Below are positions 61,062-64,000 of a stretch of 64,000 nt of DNA, in pieces. Made by a program: the position numbers and the translations under genes. Under the pieces are notes generated by a model. It saw only the letters and a list, made by a program, of their open reading frames with translations, was not told the DNA's origin and did no database searches. How positions within the stretch are numbered: position 1 is the first letter of the stretch; each line of letters opens with the position of its first letter. Source of the stretch: Paramoeba atlantica (lineage: Eukaryota > Protista > Discosea); contig CDRNVI010000156.1 of the NCBI GenBank assembly GCA_977017575.1, positions 248,001-312,000 of the forward strand, given 5' to 3'.

Positions 61062-64000
61062 ATGGGGAATCAACAAGGGAGATTGTTGGAGACAACACAA
61101 AAATTTGAAAAAGGTGAACATCTGTCCCTCCGAGACACCAAACTCGGCAAGAAGGAGATTCAAGAGGGAATCCAATTTATCAAAGAGAAACTTCCGACCC
61201 TTTCTTCCTTAGAATGTTTGATTTTTCGATTTTGATCCACCCTTTTTTTTTGTTTTTATCTTTTTGTTTGTTTTTATCTTTTTGTTTGTTTGAACCAAAC
61301 ACCCTCCCCTCTCCAAATCACTGACTTCTCTAAAATATTTTTTTTTTTTAGTAATTGGATGTCGAGTCAAAGCATGTCCTCCTGAGATTGGAGAAATTAA
61401 TCATCTTCTTTCTTTGAAAGTCCCTCATAATTCTCTTTCCACTCTCCCTCCTTCTCTCCCTTTGTCCCTTCTCGAGCTCGACCTTTCAAACAACAAGTTT
61501 GATGAGATGCCAATTAAGAATCCAGATGGATTACAATCTCTTCGATTCCTCAACCTCAGTCACAATTCTCTTTCTTCTCTCCCCTCTTCTCTTCATTTTC
61601 GAAACCTCGAGATCTTAGATCTTTCTTCAAATGGAATCTCCTCTCTTCCGGAGTCTCTCTTTCAACTCACTTCACTCACACACCTCGATTTGTCAAGAAA
61701 TAAGATCAAAGAAATCCCAATTCACGTTTCTTCTCTAAGTCAATTAGTAACGTTGACTCTCTCCGAGAATAACCTTGGATCTTTCCCGATCTCAATCGCT
61801 TCCCTATCCAATCTTCGGCATCTCAGTCTTGGATCAAATGGTTTGAAAGAACTCGCACCAGAAATTTCGGCCCTTATCTCTCTTGAGCAATTAGAACTTC
61901 AACACAATCACTTAACCGGTTTACCTATTGAATTTTTTCGCCTTGGGAGCTTAAAGATTCTTAAATTGTATGATAATGAAATTGGAGTCCTCTCAGAAGA
62001 GTTTGGCAAGCTTGAGGAACTCACAGAAATCTTTTTCCAAGAGAATCAACTTTCTCGTCTTCCAAAAAAGATTGGTTTTCACTTTTGATTTTGATTTTTT
62101 TTTTTTTTGGAAATTTAAGAACCTAACGGTGGTTGAAAACAGGAAAATTGAAGAAACTGCGAAAACTATTTTTGGAATTTAACCAACTCATCTCGATCCC
62201 AGACTCACTCGCTCACTTATCTAAATTGGTTTCACATTTTTCACATTTCTTCAGTCGAAAATTTCCAATTTGTTGAACAAATTGTTTCTCCTAGGTGGTT
62301 TTAATGCTCCATAATAACAAATTTGATCGAATCCCACCAGTTTTATATGAAATGAAATCACTTCTTCGTTTTTCTTTAGATCACAACCCAATGGAATTTG
62401 AATCTTCTGACACTCGGTAAGTCTCATTCACACTTTCTTCCATTTTTTTTTTGATCTTTCACCTTTTCACGAACTTTTGAATTCTAGGAGCAAATTAAAA
62501 GATAGTACAAAAGCATTGGCTGTGATTTCCACACAACCACGAACTCCAATTGCATCAGAGTGTGGAAGTGTTCGAATTCATGCAAAGGATCGAGAATCTC
62601 TGTATGAATCTTTCTTTGTCTCTTTTCGACCTTACCCTTACTCATTAAACGCGTGAACAATAGAAAATTGAATTCTTCAACACTTCCGGGAAGATTAAGA
62701 GGACGAAGATCGTCAGTTGCGGATACAAGAGAGATTAATTTACCATCACCATCATCAAAAGCAAAACATTTGGGTGTTGAGCTAACAGCTTCGATGAATA
62801 GCTCCTCGAGTGAGTCTATCCCTACAAGGTTCTCCCTTATTCTTATTTTCTTTCAATTATCGAACAACTTTAATGTTGTTACTTTCTTATTCTCTTTTAA
62901 ACTTCCACTCATTGTTTTTTTTGTTTTAGCAAAAAACTTGCAAGAATGTCAACTTTTGCGTTATCCTCTTCTGAACCCCCAACAGGGGCTGCTCCTTCTT
63001 ATAGTAAATTCAAAGGTTTTTTCTCTTTTCTTTTTATCTACACCAAACGATCCAAACAATTGGATTAATTTAATTTTTATTCTTTTTTTTAGATGCGTTT
63101 GCAAGTTTTGTTGATCAACAAGATTTTTCGCAACCCCGAAAAAAACACCTGGAAAAACTCAGCGCACAAGAGAAATGGAGCCTCTTAAGCACTTACAAGG
63201 GTTCTTCTGTTGATCTTCTTCGTCTTGATAAGAAACCTGGTATCTTTTTTTCACACTTACTTTTTCTTTGTCCCTTTTATTGTAAAATTAATAACCATCT
63301 CCTTCCCTCTTTTTAACAACATCAAAAAATAGTGAAAGGAGAGAAACAAGAGAATCCATCAGACTTCATAAAGACCTTTGCAGCTCGGATCCCAACAGTG
63401 ATGGAATTAACACGTCTCAATGAGGCTATTCATAAAAGTAGTGATTTTGCAAAGTCCAATTTTGTGGATGCTGGTTTGTTTTGTTTTCTTTTCTTTTTTG
63501 TTGTGTTAAAAAAATGGCCCCATTAATTTCTTTTCATGTTTGTAAATAATACCTGTTTTTTAATTGAACGAAACAGGTGGTATGGTCGCTCTTACGAGTT
63601 TGTTAATTGGGACCAAAAAGAGTGTAATCAAGGTGAGCAATCAGGAAGCTGTTGCTGTTGAAACGCTCCAGATCATTTTGTATCTTTGTAACCTGAGTGT
63701 TAAATGGTTAATCACAACCACTGGTTTGTTTTTTCCTTTTTAACAAAAGACATTTTTTGTTGGAATGCTTCTCCTCACCTAGATTATTTTTTATCAACAG
63801 ACGCAATTTCTGCGATTGTAGGATGTCTCGATTATGGGGATCCAGAAATTAAGTCAATTGTTTTCAACATCTTAGAGATGGTCTGTTATATTCACTATGT
63901 CGGTCCATCCCTGATTCTTGAAGCCCTCACCGCTCGTGTAACGAAGATTGCTGCTCCTGAAGCGACTTCAAGCCCATCTCCCTCCCCCAAAACCAACCAA
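61062..64000 (+). CDS. Leucine-rich-repeat protein with a formin GBD/FH3-like region (3' end outside the window); multi-exon
   Basis: MGNQQG start; many LxxLxLxxNxLxxLP repeats (61414-62088 and onward); later PSDFIKTF...LTRLNEAI...FVDA/GGMVALTSLL and AISAIVGCLDY...IVFNILEMVCY..GPSLILEAL resemble the diaphanous GBD/FH3 region. Confidence 0.7.

Overview
Eukaryotic nuclear DNA: AT-rich, standard genetic code, many short GT-AG introns, compact intergenic spacers. It looks like a protist, plausibly an amoebozoan (inference). Gene spans below were spliced by eye. The dominant feature is a ~30 kb cluster (3.8-33.9 kb) of secreted kexin/furin-like (S8B + P-domain) genes. In all 8 S8 domains (6 genes) the Asp-His-Ser triad is substituted and the prodomain is missing. 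Their tails carry Pro-Thr stalks and a recurrent ~45-aa six-cysteine module (17 copies). That module also occurs in three interspersed, protease-free secreted proteins. The rest of the window holds a DUF547 gene end, a Sel1-repeat gene, a GAT-like/RBR E3 ligase, a VWA protein, an EEP nuclease with a CCHC knuckle, and a SAM-PB1-4xPAS protein with FixL-type heme-PAS motifs. It also holds an FHA-NUGGC-type GTPase, five tandem copies of a small unknown gene, a USP35/38-like deubiquitinase, a small membrane protein, a TOM1/GPR137-like membrane protein, and the start of an LRR/formin-GBD-like gene. An unannotated box C/D snoRNA has the hallmarks of U13/SNORD13/snR45.
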